DNA of 64,000 nucleotides from an uncultured Acidobacteriota bacterium (GCA_963779415.1 CAVZYA010000002.1:352001-416000), one strand, 5' to 3'; numbered from the stretch's first letter, positions 1-10,062 are shown. Numbers and translations are program-made. The notes: generated from the sequence alone by a model not told the origin.

Positions 1-1608
1 GAGAGAGTCGTCGAGAAGATCGTCGAGAAGACCGTCCCCGGCGCCGCCGCCCCGGCGGACTGGACCCTCGTCCGCGGCTCTCTCTCCTCCGTCGAGTCGG
101 CGCGGACCCAGGTGGACGTCCTGACCCGCTTCATCGCGCAGGCCGCCACGCATGCGTCGCGCGTCGCCCTCCTCGTCCTCCGGAACGACCGGATCACGGG
201 ATGGAAGGCGATGGGCTTCGACGCCTCGGGCGGACACGACGAGTCGGTTCGCTCGGCCGACCTCGGCGCGGAGGAGGACGCCTTCGCCAGCGACGTGATC
301 CGCGCCCAGCGTTCGCGCCTCGCGGAGCCCCCCGACGAGTCCGCGCCGCTCCGGAAGGCGCTGGGCGGACGGCCGGCCGCGCGGACGCTCCTCGTGCCGA
401 TGGTCATCCGGGACCGTCTCGCCGGACTCGTCTACGCGGACGAGCTCCCCGGCGAGGAGGGGCGGCTGAACGAAGCGGCCATCGAAGTCCTCACGTTCGT
501 CACGGGACTCGCGGTGGACCTCCTCGCCGCCCGGAAGAAGATCCCCTCGCCCGCGCTGACGCCGACCGGGGAGTCGATCGAGCACTTCCGGGTCGTCGCG
601 CACGAGGCGCCGGCCGCAAGGCCCGCTCCCCCCCTGGTCTTCGACGTTCCGGCTGCTGCCGCGCCGGCCGGGCCGGCGCGCGAGCCGGTCAAGCACGCGG
701 CCCTCGAGCCGCCGGTCTCGGCGAGCGGAATCCGGCCGCGCCCGATGGCGGCCGAAGAGCAGCTTCGCGCTCTCGCCGAGTCGGCCGGGATCACCCGGAA
801 GCCGGTTCCTCCGGCTCCTGGCGACGCCGGGGTCACCGTCGCCGTCCCGACGCTCGTTCCGCCGCCTCCACAGCCTCCGCCGCCGCACGTCGCGGCCCCG
901 CCGCCCTCCCATCTACTCGCTCCTCCGCCCCCGCCGGTTCCGGTCGAGCCTCCTACACCGGCGGCGCCTCCGGAGCTGGACCTTCACCTCGAACCCGTCG
1001 CGGAGCCCGCGCACACGCCCCCGCCGCCGGCGCCGACGGTTCCGGCACTCGCACCCCCGCCGGTCCCGACCCGCCCGCCGAGTTCCTTCCCGCCCCCTCT
1101 TTCGCAGACGACGACCGGCGACATCAGGCAGGCTTTCGACTCCCTGCGCGGTACCGCCGGGCCCTCCGTTCCCGCTCAGGTCCCTCCCCCCGCCGTCATT
1201 CCACACGCTCCCCCGCCGGCCCCCATGACGCCGCCCCCCACGATTCCCGCCGTCGGCGCAAAGCCTGCGGCTGCGGCCCCAACGACCGAGGTCCGTCCGA
1301 TTTCCGGCTTCATCCCGCGCTCACGGCTCGCGGGGGGAGCCGCCGATCCTCAGCGGCAGCGGGACGACGCCCGCCGCCTCGCCCGTCTTCTCGTCTCCGA
1401 GATCAAGCTCTACAACGAAAAGAAGGTCGAGGAAGGGCGCGCGGCGAACGACCTCTACGAGCGGCTGAAGGACGACATCGACCGGAGCCGCCAGGTCTTC
1501 GAGGAACGGACTCCCGAAGCGATCCGCCGCGAGGGGGACTTCTTCCGCGACGAGCTCGTCCGGATCCTCGCCGACGGACGCGCCGAGGCGCTTGGCTCCG
1601 CGGGCTGA
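1..1608 (+). CDS. GAF-domain protein with long Pro/Ala linker and RomX-like C-terminal helical domain (5' end lies outside the window)
   Basis: Frame is open from base 1 (ERVVEKIVEK...). GAF-like segment LLVPMVIRDRLAGLVYAD, about 250 aa of Pro-rich linker, C-terminus ARRLARLLVSEIKLYNEKKVEEGR...DLYERLKDDIDRSR. Confidence 0.7.
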   Translation, partial: ERVVEKIVEKTVPGAAAPADWTLVRGSLSSVESARTQVDVLTRFIAQAATHASRVALLVLRNDRITGWKAMGFDASGGHDESVRSADLGAEEDAFASDVIRAQRSRLAEPPDESAPLRKALGGRPAARTLLVPMVIRDRLAGLVYADELPGEEGRLNEAAIEVLTFVTGLAVDLLAARKKIPSPALTPTGESIEHFRVVAHEAPAARPAPPLVFDVPAAAAPAGPAREPVKHAALEPPVSASGIRPRPMAAEEQLRALAESAGITRKPVPPAPGDAGVTVAVPTLVPPPPQPPPPHVAAPPPSHLLAPPPPPVPVEPPTPAAPPELDLHLEPVAEPAHTPPPPAPTVPALAPPPVPTRPPSSFPPPLSQTTTGDIRQAFDSLRGTAGPSVPAQVPPPAVIPHAPPPAPMTPPPTIPAVGAKPAAAAPTTEVRPISGFIPRSRLAGGAADPQRQRDDARRLARLLVSEIKLYNEKKVEEGRAANDLYERLKDDIDRSRQVFEERTPEAIRREGDFFRDELVRILADGRAEALGSAG

Positions 1609-3880
1609 CGACGCTCGCCCGATCGTGACCCGACCCGTGAGGCGCACGACGGCCTGCGCCGTTTTCCTGCTGCTGCTCGCATCGCCGGGGCTCTTCGGAG
1701 ACGAGCCGGCGATCCCTCTCTCGAGTCCGAGCGAGCGGCTCGCGACGTTCCGGCAGCTCCTTCGGGAGGAGGGGAGCGCCTCGTCCCGCGCCGCCGCGGT
1801 GGGACTGCCGCTCAGCGCCGGAGAGAGTCTCTGGCCCGTCCGGCTTCGGACGGCCCGGGCAGTTCTCGCCCTCCCGGGGGGGAGCGATCCGACGATCGGA
1901 ACCACGGACGCTCTCCCGACGGGCCGGCTCGGGCTCCCCGGCCTCGCGGGCTGGATCTCACTGATGGGGGAGAACCCGACCGTCCGCGCGCTTCTCGCCT
2001 ACGCGACGTCCGAGCCGTTCGAGCCTCTCGCGCGCGACGCCGCGGTCCTCGCCGCGCGGGTCGCGCGGACCTCCGGAGAGAAGAGCGCCGCGCGGACGGC
2101 TCTGGCCGGATGGGACACGCACGGGCCGCGGGGAGCGCGGGCCGCCATCGACATCGCGCTCGCGCGCGCCCGTGTCGCGGCGACCGCCGCCGACGCGAGG
2201 CGGCTCCGTCTGGGACTCGCGGCCGCGTTTCCCGACGCTCCGGAACGGGCCGGAGATCTCTTCGACACAACCGACCTCGCCGAGTTCGAAGCGGCCGTTC
2301 GCGCAGGCCCCGAAGAGGTCCGGGCGGCTCGCGCTCTCGTCCTCGTCTCCCGCAATTCGAGGCAGGCCTCGAGGCTCGTTCCCCGCTTTCCCGTCTCGAC
2401 GGCCGCCCGGCTCGACGCCGCCCAGACTCGCCTCGCCCTCGGCGATACCGTAGAGGCGCTCCGGATCGCCCGGCTGGTCCGGGCCTCCGGGACAGACGGC
2501 GTGCCCGCTCTCCGTTCACGCGCCCTCGAGCTCGACGCCGAGATGAGAAGCCTCCTTCGGAGCGAGAGCGCGCCGGCCCCGGGGCGCCGCTCGCGCCACG
2601 GACGCGCGAAGAGACCCACGACTCCCCCCGTCGCGCCCCGGGCCTTCAGCGACCCGGCACGCCGACGTGCCGACGAATTTCTTTCTCGCGCAGACGCGCT
2701 CTTCGCACAGCCCCTCGCCGCGGCCGACCGCCGACGCCTTCTCGCAGACGCCGCGCGCCTCGCGCACCGATCGGGCCGGGACGACATCGCCCGCCGCCTT
2801 CTCGAGGAGCTTCTCGTTCTCGATCCCGGCTCGGAGGCGGTCGCGAGCGACCTCTTCCGGGAAGCCTTCGAGGAATACCGGCACGGCCGATTCGCCGAGG
2901 CGGCCGCCACCTTCGAGCAGCAGGCTCTCCTCTATCGCGAACCCGCGATCCGCCGGCGTTCGACGTATTGGGCCGGGCGCGCCCGCGAGAAGGCCGGTTC
3001 GGCGGAGGCGGCGCACGCACACTTCGCGTCCCTCCTCGCCGGCACTTCGCCCGACCTCTATGCAACCTGGGCGGCAGCGGCGCTCGGTCTCCCGCCTCCC
3101 GGAGGGGCACCGTCCCCACCCCTCGGGGAGGACCCGGGCGGCCTCGGCGCCGACTCTCCGGGGCTCCCTTCGCGCGAGCTCCTCGCCTGTGGCCTTCCCG
3201 ACCTCGCCGAGGACGCCGCCGAGGCGGAGGGGAGCGACGATCCTCTCTTTCTCGCGTCCACCGCGGCGGAGAGGGGAGACCACCGCCGCGCCGTCACGTA
3301 TCTCAAACAGCGCTGGCCCGAGCTCGGCTCGCCGGAGGAGGGAGGCGTCCCCCTCTTCGTCCGGCATCTCTATTACCCCAACGACCATGCGGCCCTTCTC
3401 TCCGGCCTCGCGACCGCCTCCGCGGTCCCCCCCGCCCTCGTCTTCGGCCTCGTCCGGCAGGAGAGCGTCTTCTCCTCCGGCATCCATTCCCGCGCGGGCG
3501 CCGTCGGGCTGATGCAGCTGATGCCGGCCACCGGGCGGCAGCTCCACCGGCGCGAAGGACACGGGGGACGCCCCGATCTCGAGAACCCCGCGGTCAACGC
3601 CCGTCTCGGCGTCACCTACCTGCGCCGGCTCCTCGACGACTTCGGCGGAGACGCCGTCCTCGCCCTCGCCGCCTACAACGCGGGGCCCGCGAGGGCGCGC
3701 CGATGGAGATCCGACCTCGCCGCCCTCCCCGCCGACGAGTTCTTCGAATCGATCCCCTTCTCCGAGACCCGCTTCTACGTCAAGCGCGTCCTCTTCTTCG
3801 AAGGGGCGTACGCGTCGCTCTACGGTGTTTCCGCCTCGGCCCCGGCCCCGCCGGTCAGGATCGGCTCCGTCGTTCCCTGA
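1592..3880 (+). CDS. Soluble lytic murein transglycosylase (Slt70-like, TPR plus SLT domain)
   Basis: Signal-peptide-like N-terminus; SLT motifs RQES, GAVGLMQLMPAT, ALAAYNAGP, ETRFYVKRV. Exact start uncertain. Confidence 0.85.
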   Translation: MAPRADDARPIVTRPVRRTTACAVFLLLLASPGLFGDEPAIPLSSPSERLATFRQLLREEGSASSRAAAVGLPLSAGESLWPVRLRTARAVLALPGGSDPTIGTTDALPTGRLGLPGLAGWISLMGENPTVRALLAYATSEPFEPLARDAAVLAARVARTSGEKSAARTALAGWDTHGPRGARAAIDIALARARVAATAADARRLRLGLAAAFPDAPERAGDLFDTTDLAEFEAAVRAGPEEVRAARALVLVSRNSRQASRLVPRFPVSTAARLDAAQTRLALGDTVEALRIARLVRASGTDGVPALRSRALELDAEMRSLLRSESAPAPGRRSRHGRAKRPTTPPVAPRAFSDPARRRADEFLSRADALFAQPLAAADRRRLLADAARLAHRSGRDDIARRLLEELLVLDPGSEAVASDLFREAFEEYRHGRFAEAAATFEQQALLYREPAIRRRSTYWAGRAREKAGSAEAAHAHFASLLAGTSPDLYATWAAAALGLPPPGGAPSPPLGEDPGGLGADSPGLPSRELLACGLPDLAEDAAEAEGSDDPLFLASTAAERGDHRRAVTYLKQRWPELGSPEEGGVPLFVRHLYYPNDHAALLSGLATASAVPPALVFGLVRQESVFSSGIHSRAGAVGLMQLMPATGRQLHRREGHGGRPDLENPAVNARLGVTYLRRLLDDFGGDAVLALAAYNAGPARARRWRSDLAALPADEFFESIPFSETRFYVKRVLFFEGAYASLYGVSASAPAPPVRIGSVVP

Positions 3881-3891
3881 CCCCGCCCGCC

Positions 3892-5301
3892 TCAGCGCCG
3901 AAGCGTCGCGAAGGCGGCGAGCGCCGCCACGCGCGCGGCGGCGTGCTCGACGACGGGAGCGGGGTAGTCGCGCGGCGGATCCGCAAGGTTCCATGGCTCG
4001 TGTACCGCCACGCCCGCGACATCCGAAAGCTCCGGCACGAAACGCCGGACGAAGATTCCCTCGGGGTCGAATTTTCGCCCCTGCAGGACGGGGTTGAAGA
4101 TCCGGAAGAACGGCTGTGCGTCGGTCCCCGAGCCTGCCGCCCACTGCCAGCCGCCGCTGTTCGACGCGACGTCGCCGTCGGCAAGGTGCCGCCGGAAGAG
4201 GGCTTCCCCTTTCCGCCAGTCGACGAGGAGGTCCTTCGTCAGGAACGACGCCACGATCATCCGGACCCGGTTGTGCATCCATCCTTCGCGAAGAAGCTGC
4301 CGCATCCCGGCATCCACGATCGGATAACCGGTCCGGCCTTCGGCCCACGCCAAGAAGCGCCGCGCCTCCTTCTCTCCGGAGATCCAGGGGAACCGGTCGA
4401 ACTCCGGCCGGATGTTCTCCGTTGCGGCGCCCGGGAAGCTCTCGAGGACCGAGGCGTAGAACTCCCGCCAGGCAAGTTCCTTCACGAACGTCTCGATCGA
4501 CCGCTTTCCCGCGGCGTCCGCTTCTCGAAAGACCGCGCGCGCTTCGGAAAAGAGCCGACGGACGCCGATCGTGCCGAAGCGGAGGTGCGGCGAAAGGCGC
4601 GACGTCCCGGGAAGGTCGGGCCGGTCTCTCTCCCCGGCGTACCGTTTGAGCGCCCCGGACCGGAACGCATTCCAGAGGAGGCGCGCCTCGCGCGCGCCTC
4701 CTTTCGGATTCTCCGGGGCGCCTTTTTCGCGGAATCCACGAGACTTCGAGAGGGGAATCGAGGGGAAGGACGGGGCGAGGACGGCGGCCGGGGTCGGGAT
4801 CTCTCCCGGCTCCGGGAGCGGCGGCTCCTTGTCGCGCTCGAGCCAGCGGCGGGCGAACGGCGTGAAGACGGTGAACGGCTTTCCGGCCGCCGACGTCAGG
4901 GAGCCCGCCGGGACGAGATGGAGGTCCTCGACGAGATGGAGGTGCGCGCCGACCGCCTCGAGCGAAATTCGTGCCCTGGTCTCGCGCTCCTTCGCGTGCG
5001 GCTCGTGGTCGCGGTGGGTGAAAACGGCGTCGGCCCCCGTCTCCCGGCAGAGCGCGACGAGCGAATCGGCCGGTGGGCCCTTCCGGACGACGAGGCGCGA
5101 GCCGCGATCCCGGAGAGCCGCGGCGAGTTCGCCGAGCGAGTCGGCGAGGACCGCCTGTCGTGGCGGCGAATCGTCGCCCGGAACGCCGTTGTCGAAGACG
5201 AAGACCGGCACGACCGCGTCGGCGTGCCGGAGGGCTGCAGAGAGGGCCGCGTTGTCGTCCAGCCGGAGGTCGCGTCGGAGCCAGACGACGGCGGCGGTCA
5301 C
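3892..5301 (-). CDS. phrB: Deoxyribodipyrimidine photolyase
   Basis: WLRRDLRLDDNAAL, TSRLSPHLRFG, GRTGYPIVDAGMRQL, GWMHNRVRMIVASFL, GGWQWAAG, FRIFNP. Confidence 0.95.
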   Translation of the reverse strand: MTAAVVWLRRDLRLDDNAALSAALRHADAVVPVFVFDNGVPGDDSPPRQAVLADSLGELAAALRDRGSRLVVRKGPPADSLVALCRETGADAVFTHRDHEPHAKERETRARISLEAVGAHLHLVEDLHLVPAGSLTSAAGKPFTVFTPFARRWLERDKEPPLPEPGEIPTPAAVLAPSFPSIPLSKSRGFREKGAPENPKGGAREARLLWNAFRSGALKRYAGERDRPDLPGTSRLSPHLRFGTIGVRRLFSEARAVFREADAAGKRSIETFVKELAWREFYASVLESFPGAATENIRPEFDRFPWISGEKEARRFLAWAEGRTGYPIVDAGMRQLLREGWMHNRVRMIVASFLTKDLLVDWRKGEALFRRHLADGDVASNSGGWQWAAGSGTDAQPFFRIFNPVLQGRKFDPEGIFVRRFVPELSDVAGVAVHEPWNLADPPRDYPAPVVEHAAARVAALAAFATLRR

Positions 5302-5308
5302 GCCCTTC

Positions 5309-5782
5309 CTACGGCGTCGCGGGATGCCGGGACGCTTTTCCGCCCCGGGGCCGGCACGAAGCGCAGAGGCCCCGGATCTGGTGCGCGTGCGAGCTGGCGA
5401 GGAAATCGTGCTGCCGGCAGACGGCTTCCTGCCGCCGCTCGATCGCCCGGTCGACGAACTCGAACACCTTCCCGCACGACGTGCAGACGAGGTGGTCGTG
5501 GTGCTCGCCCGTCCGGAGCCGCTCGTACCGGTACTTCTCTTCGTTGAGGCGGACGCGGCCGACGAGGCCGCACTCGAAGAGAAGCTCCAGTGTCCGGTAG
5601 ACGGTCGCGCGGCTGATCTTCGCTCCCCGCTCGCGCATCCGGAGGACGAGGTCCTCCGCGTCGAAATGCCGGTGGGTCGAGAAGATCTCGTCGAAGAGCG
5701 CCGTCCGTTCGCGTGTCGTCTTCAGCCCCCGGCGCTTGAGAAAGTCGGAGAAGAGGCGTCGTTCTTCAGTGTGAGAACTCAT
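5309..5782 (-). CDS. Fur-family transcriptional regulator
   Basis: ISRATVYRTL helix, HHDHLVCTSCG, C-terminal CASC. Confidence 0.92.
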   Translation of the reverse strand: MSSHTEERRLFSDFLKRRGLKTTRERTALFDEIFSTHRHFDAEDLVLRMRERGAKISRATVYRTLELLFECGLVGRVRLNEEKYRYERLRTGEHHDHLVCTSCGKVFEFVDRAIERRQEAVCRQHDFLASSHAHQIRGLCASCRPRGGKASRHPATP

Positions 5783-5792
5783 CTCGATTAGA

Positions 5793-6641
5793 TTACCCCA
5801 TCCGGCGCTTGGACCACGAGACTTCTCCGGCCACCCGCCGCAGGCCGGCCGGGTCGAGGTAAGGGGGATGTCCCGGAACCTCCCTCGCCTCCCCCTTCAG
5901 CCGGGCAAGGACGCCGCTTCGGGCGAGGCCCGGCTCCTTCGAAAGGAGACGGGTCGCCGCCCCCGCGACGAGCGACGCGGCGAACGAGGTTCCCCCGGCC
6001 GTCTCGGGTGTCCGGCCCCCGTCGACCGCCGGAACCACCAGGGGCGTCGAGGGGGAAAGGAGGTCGGGCTTCGGGACCCCCCGGACCCGCCCGAACCGGG
6101 GTCCCGCCGCCGGCGCGTCGTGGTCGAGGTCCCACCCCCCGACGCCGATCGCGTGCGAAGAGGAGGCGGGAGAGACGCAGTGCGCCTGGGGATCCCACCC
6201 GGCCGCGGCGAGAACCACCAGCCCGGCCTCGTCCAGCTCCCTGACGAGGCCGGGCACGGGGCTCGGCGCCCCTGGGGTCTCCGGGTCGTCGCCGAAGGGG
6301 CAGAGGAGGACCCGGACGCCGAATTCCGGTCCCTCGCGAAGAAGCCACTCGAAGGCGCGGACGATCGCGGCGCGGGGAACCCGATGTCCCTCGCCGACCT
6401 TCACGAGAACGACCGGAGCGCCCGGAGAGAGGGAGCGGATCCCGCTCGACCGGCCGTCCCCGGCCGCAAGGAGCATCGTCCGGGTCCCGTGCTCGGCGAA
6501 CGTCGCCGGATCCCCGTACCGGAAGGGGCGGAGGACCCTTCCCGTCGCATCGCGCGAGGCGAGAACGCGCCGGGACGGAAGGTCGGGGTGCTTCGTGAAG
6601 CCCACGTCGAGGACCGCGAGGGCAGGGGGATCGGGGTGCAT
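5793..6641 (-). CDS. Small cytoplasmic S8 (subtilisin-like) peptidase
   Basis: Triad motifs AVLDVG, HGT, GGTSFAASLVAG, plus PKPDL. No signal peptide. Confidence 0.7.
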   Translation of the reverse strand: MHPDPPALAVLDVGFTKHPDLPSRRVLASRDATGRVLRPFRYGDPATFAEHGTRTMLLAAGDGRSSGIRSLSPGAPVVLVKVGEGHRVPRAAIVRAFEWLLREGPEFGVRVLLCPFGDDPETPGAPSPVPGLVRELDEAGLVVLAAAGWDPQAHCVSPASSSHAIGVGGWDLDHDAPAAGPRFGRVRGVPKPDLLSPSTPLVVPAVDGGRTPETAGGTSFAASLVAGAATRLLSKEPGLARSGVLARLKGEAREVPGHPPYLDPAGLRRVAGEVSWSKRRMG

Positions 6642-6688
6642 GGAGGCCGGGAGTGTAGCGGCCCGGCGCCGCTACGTAAGATCGGACC

Positions 6689-7108
6689 ATGAAGTCCTAC
6701 CGGAAAGTCCTGACGCTGAACGTTCCGAAGAGGATCGGCTTTCGGAACATCACCCCCGAGGTCGAAGCCGCCGTGAAGGAGAGCGGGGTGACGGAGGGTC
6801 TCTGCCTCGTCAACCCGATGCACATCACCGCGTCGGTCTTCGTGAACGACGACGAGCAGGGGCTCCACCGCGACTACGAGAGCTTCTTCGAGAGCCTCGT
6901 CCCGCATGAGCCCGTCGGGCAGTACCGCCACAACGACACGGGCGAGGAGAACGCCGACGCCCACATCAAGCGACAGCTGATGGGGCGCGAGGCCGTCGTC
7001 GCGATCACGAACGGCCGGCTCGATTTCGGGACCTGGGAACGGATCTTCTACGGCGAATGGGACGGCCGGAGGCCGAAGCGGATTCTCATAAAGGTCATCG
7101 GGGACTAG
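6689..7108 (+). CDS. yjbQ: YjbQ / UPF0047 family protein
   Basis: [46 protein letters not shown]. Confidence 0.92.
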   Translation: MKSYRKVLTLNVPKRIGFRNITPEVEAAVKESGVTEGLCLVNPMHITASVFVNDDEQGLHRDYESFFESLVPHEPVGQYRHNDTGEENADAHIKRQLMGREAVVAITNGRLDFGTWERIFYGEWDGRRPKRILIKVIGD

Positions 7109-9000
7109 CCCTTCCATCCCTCGGCTTCGAGCCCGAGGGTGATGAGCGCATCCGCGAGAACCGCCGCGCCGGGCGCATCGGCGCCAAGCGTCTCCTCGAA
7201 ACGGGCGCGGACCGTCGCTTCGCGCGCTTCGTCCCGGATCGGCCGGCCGCTCGCCCGCTTCGTCTCCGCGACCGCCCGGCAGAGGGCGAGGCGGCGCGAG
7301 ACGTTCCGCCCGATCTCGGCGTCCACCCGGTCGATGGCGCGGCGGACTCGCTCGACCGAGCCGCTCGGCCCCGGGAGAAAGCCGAACTCGTCGAGGAGCG
7401 CCTCGAGGTCCTCGGGAAGGAGCGCCTGTGGCCCGTCGCAAAGCGCGCTCTCGGGGACGTCATGCACCTCGATCATCAGGCCGTCGGCTCCCGCGCCCCA
7501 GGCCGCGCGCGCGAGGCCCGCCACCAGCTCGCGCCGCCCCGCCGCGTGCGACGGGTCGGCGAGGAGCGGAAGGTGCGTCAGGCCGCGTGCGACGAGGAGG
7601 CCGCCGAGATCGAGCGTGCCGCGCGTTGATTTCTCGAACGTCCGGATCCCCCGCTCGCAGAGCATGACGTCGCGGCTTCCCCCTTCGAGGACGTACTCCG
7701 CGGCGGCGAGCCACTCCTCCACCGTCGTTCCGAAACCGCGCTTGAGGAGCACCGGCCGCCCGCTCTTTCCCGCCTCGCGAAGGAGGTCGTAGTTCTGGCA
7801 GTTCCGCGCGCCGATCTGGAGGACGTCGGCCACCTCGGCCACCGGCCCGACCTGCGCGGGCGCCATCACCTCCGTCACGATCGGGAGTCCGACGGAATCC
7901 CCCGCCGCCTTCAGCCACGAGAGCGCCTCGAAGCCATGTCCCTGGAAGGCGTAGGGGCTCGTCCGCGGCTTGAAGACCCCTCCGCGAAGCGCCGTGGCCC
8001 CCGCGCGGGCCACTTCCCTGGCGAGGCGCATCACCTGGTCGGGAGACTCGACGGCGCAGGGGCCCGCGATGATGGCGCGGTGCCCCCCTCCGACGACGAA
8101 TCCCCTGACCGCGACCACGGTCGGCGGCCGGATCTCCGTGGCCTTTGGAAGGTCCTTCAGGTGGGGCGGCGGGACGTGGTCCGGCGTCGGCCCGAGCCAG
8201 ACGAGCGTCTCTCCCGTCCGGGCCTTCAACCCCGAGGCCTTCGAAACGGATCCGGCCGCGAGGACCGCGAAGCCGTGGACCGGCGTCTCCGGGCTCCCCG
8301 GCAGCGCCAGGATCTCGGCGCCCATCTCCGCGAGCCCGGCCGCGAGGCGGGCCCCGGCGAAGCGGAGGGCGCGGATCGAGGGCTCGACGTCGTGGCCGCT
8401 TTCCCGGAGGAGACGGAAGAACCGCGTCGCGTTCGGCCGGAGGTCGGAGACGTCCTCCTCCAGGATGACGAGTCCCGCTTCGAGCGCCGCCTCCTCGGCG
8501 CAGACCGCGGCGCGAGGGCCCCCGAGCGCTGCGACCCGCTGGGCCGCCTCGGCCGTGTCGTACGTCTCGAAGACGACCGCGTCGAGGCTTGCGAGGAGCT
8601 TCCCGCACTGCCGGAGGGCCGGAGGCTGCGACCAGACCTCCCGGATCCCCCGAAGCTCCACGCCGCGCGGAGCCGCAAGGACGAGCCGAACGGGAATCTC
8701 GATCTCGTCGGCGACGATGAGGCGCGCTCCCCCGGGCGCGAGGATTCGCGCGAGAGCCTCGAGCGGCTCGAGGATCGGCCCGGCAACTCGTGTCGCCGCC
8801 GGGATCACGGCCTCGTCCACCTCTCCGGCCGCGAGGGCGCGGAGGAGCCTGTCGAACGACGGATAGGGGACCGGCCGGCCGCAGCGGGCGGCGGCCCGGG
8901 CCGAGAACGAGCCGGGCTGTCCCTGATAGCCCGTGTTTGGGCTTGCCACCGGTGTCGTCGTGTCGTTCTCCCGGATGGTCTCGCTCATCGTCGCCTCCAC
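7105..9000 (-). CDS. Triple fusion: prephenate dehydratase-like domain, DAHP synthase type I-beta, AroQ chorismate mutase
   Basis: N-terminal [10 protein letters not shown]...DTAEAA...NATRF; central [38 protein letters not shown]; C-terminal [12 protein letters not shown]...[14 protein letters not shown]. Confidence 0.88.
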   Translation of the reverse strand: MEATMSETIRENDTTTPVASPNTGYQGQPGSFSARAAARCGRPVPYPSFDRLLRALAAGEVDEAVIPAATRVAGPILEPLEALARILAPGGARLIVADEIEIPVRLVLAAPRGVELRGIREVWSQPPALRQCGKLLASLDAVVFETYDTAEAAQRVAALGGPRAAVCAEEAALEAGLVILEEDVSDLRPNATRFFRLLRESGHDVEPSIRALRFAGARLAAGLAEMGAEILALPGSPETPVHGFAVLAAGSVSKASGLKARTGETLVWLGPTPDHVPPPHLKDLPKATEIRPPTVVAVRGFVVGGGHRAIIAGPCAVESPDQVMRLAREVARAGATALRGGVFKPRTSPYAFQGHGFEALSWLKAAGDSVGLPIVTEVMAPAQVGPVAEVADVLQIGARNCQNYDLLREAGKSGRPVLLKRGFGTTVEEWLAAAEYVLEGGSRDVMLCERGIRTFEKSTRGTLDLGGLLVARGLTHLPLLADPSHAAGRRELVAGLARAAWGAGADGLMIEVHDVPESALCDGPQALLPEDLEALLDEFGFLPGPSGSVERVRRAIDRVDAEIGRNVSRRLALCRAVAETKRASGRPIRDEAREATVRARFEETLGADAPGAAVLADALITLGLEAEGWKG

Positions 9001-9011
9001 GCCCTCGAATG

Positions 9012-9053
9012 AAAAAAGCCCCCCTCCGCCGTCTGTCTCGGGGAGGGGGGCTT
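9012..9053 (-). terminator. Attenuator terminator upstream of the aromatic-pathway fusion gene
   Basis: Minus strand AAGCCCCCCTCC...GGAGGGGGGCTT (12-bp stem) running into a U tract, ending 11 nt before the GTG at 9000. Confidence 0.85.
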
Positions 9054-9082
9054 CTCTTGAAGCCCGGGTGTCTCGCGCGGCC

Positions 9083-9166
9083 TTACGCGGCCGGCCCCCT
9101 CCCTGCCGTCGGATACGAGTATCCGAAGTGGGTAGAGCGGGCCGTCGTAAAGAGTCGCGCGTTCAT
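9083..9166 (-). CDS. Phe/Tyr-containing attenuation leader peptide MNARLFTTARSTHFGYSYPTAGRGPAA (27 aa)
   Basis: Translated by hand: ATG at 9166, TAA at 9083; Phe6, Phe14, Tyr16, Tyr18. Contains GGGAGGGGG, complementary to the terminator 5' arm. Confidence 0.75.
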   Translation of the reverse strand: MNARLFTTARSTHFGYSYPTAGRGPAA

Positions 9167-9203
9167 CGAGGCAGACAGCGTACCTTGCCTGTCAAGCCGG
9201 AGT

Positions 9204-10052
9204 TCACTTCGCGATCTTCGCGTTCTCGACGAGGACGGGATAGGCGTAGCCGGCGCCGAAGTCCTTGTCGAGGCGGACCGTGCCGGTCACGAGGATCACG
9301 TCCCCTACGGCCGCAGGGTCCGTCGTCGTGACCGTGATGTCGTCGTCCTTCCCCTCGCGCGACCCCGTGCCGTCGCGCAGGTGGATCCAGTTCTTCCCCA
9401 TCACCCCCGCGGTGAACTTCACGACCTTCCCGCGGACTGCGACTTCCCTTTCCTTCAGGGCCGCTCTCTGGGCGAACAGCTCGGCGACGGTCCGGCCGTT
9501 TACTCCTTCGGCCTTCTTCACCTCGATCTTCCCGACGTCGGCCGGCCCGGAGGCGGCCGCCGCGTGCTGCGTTTTCATCTCCTCGCGAACCTTCGTGAGA
9601 TCGGCCGACTCGTGTCCCGAGGCCATCGCGGCGGGCGCGACGCCCGGTGTCCCGTGGGGAGACGTCGCGGCCGCGGGTTCGTCTCCCGCTGCGGCGAGAT
9701 TCCCGAAGACGATCCGGTCGAACGTCCGCTTGAGCGTCCTGCTCTCGAAGCCGTCCATCGGGGCGGCGTTGACGACCGTGACCTCGTCCCCCTTCTTCAC
9801 GGGGGCCTTCAGGACGGCTGCCCACGTTTCGCCGTCGGCCGTCTTCAGGCGCATGTACGTGTAGTCCGATGCGTCAAAGGTCTCCTCGACGAGGCCGTGG
9901 ATCGTGAGCCTGGCCGCCGGGGCCGCGGCCGAGGAGGCGGTATCGGGCGGGGCCGGAGCCTTCCCGGCGGGGGAGGCGGGGGCTTCCTTTCTCCCGCAGG
10001 CGGGGAGGACGAGAACGAGGGCGAGAAGAAGAGAAGTGACGGGACGATTCAC
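9204..10052 (-). CDS. Lipoprotein with two OB-fold-like domains
   Basis: Lipobox LPAC; GLVEETFDASDYTY; VAVRGKVVKF...KNWIHLRDGTG...DKDFGAGYAYPVLVENA. Confidence 0.75.
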   Translation of the reverse strand: MNRPVTSLLLALVLVLPACGRKEAPASPAGKAPAPPDTASSAAAPAARLTIHGLVEETFDASDYTYMRLKTADGETWAAVLKAPVKKGDEVTVVNAAPMDGFESRTLKRTFDRIVFGNLAAAGDEPAAATSPHGTPGVAPAAMASGHESADLTKVREEMKTQHAAAASGPADVGKIEVKKAEGVNGRTVAELFAQRAALKEREVAVRGKVVKFTAGVMGKNWIHLRDGTGSREGKDDDITVTTTDPAAVGDVILVTGTVRLDKDFGAGYAYPVLVENAKIAK

Positions 10053-10062
10053 GAGAATCTCC

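Noticed and set aside
600-1320. C-rich repetitive DNA
   Set aside because: Explained by Pro/Ala codons in a protein linker; no regular repeat unit or spacers.
5770-5800. Fur-box-like sequence at the fur start
   Set aside because: Only a weak partial match to the 7-1-7 repeat; not supportable.
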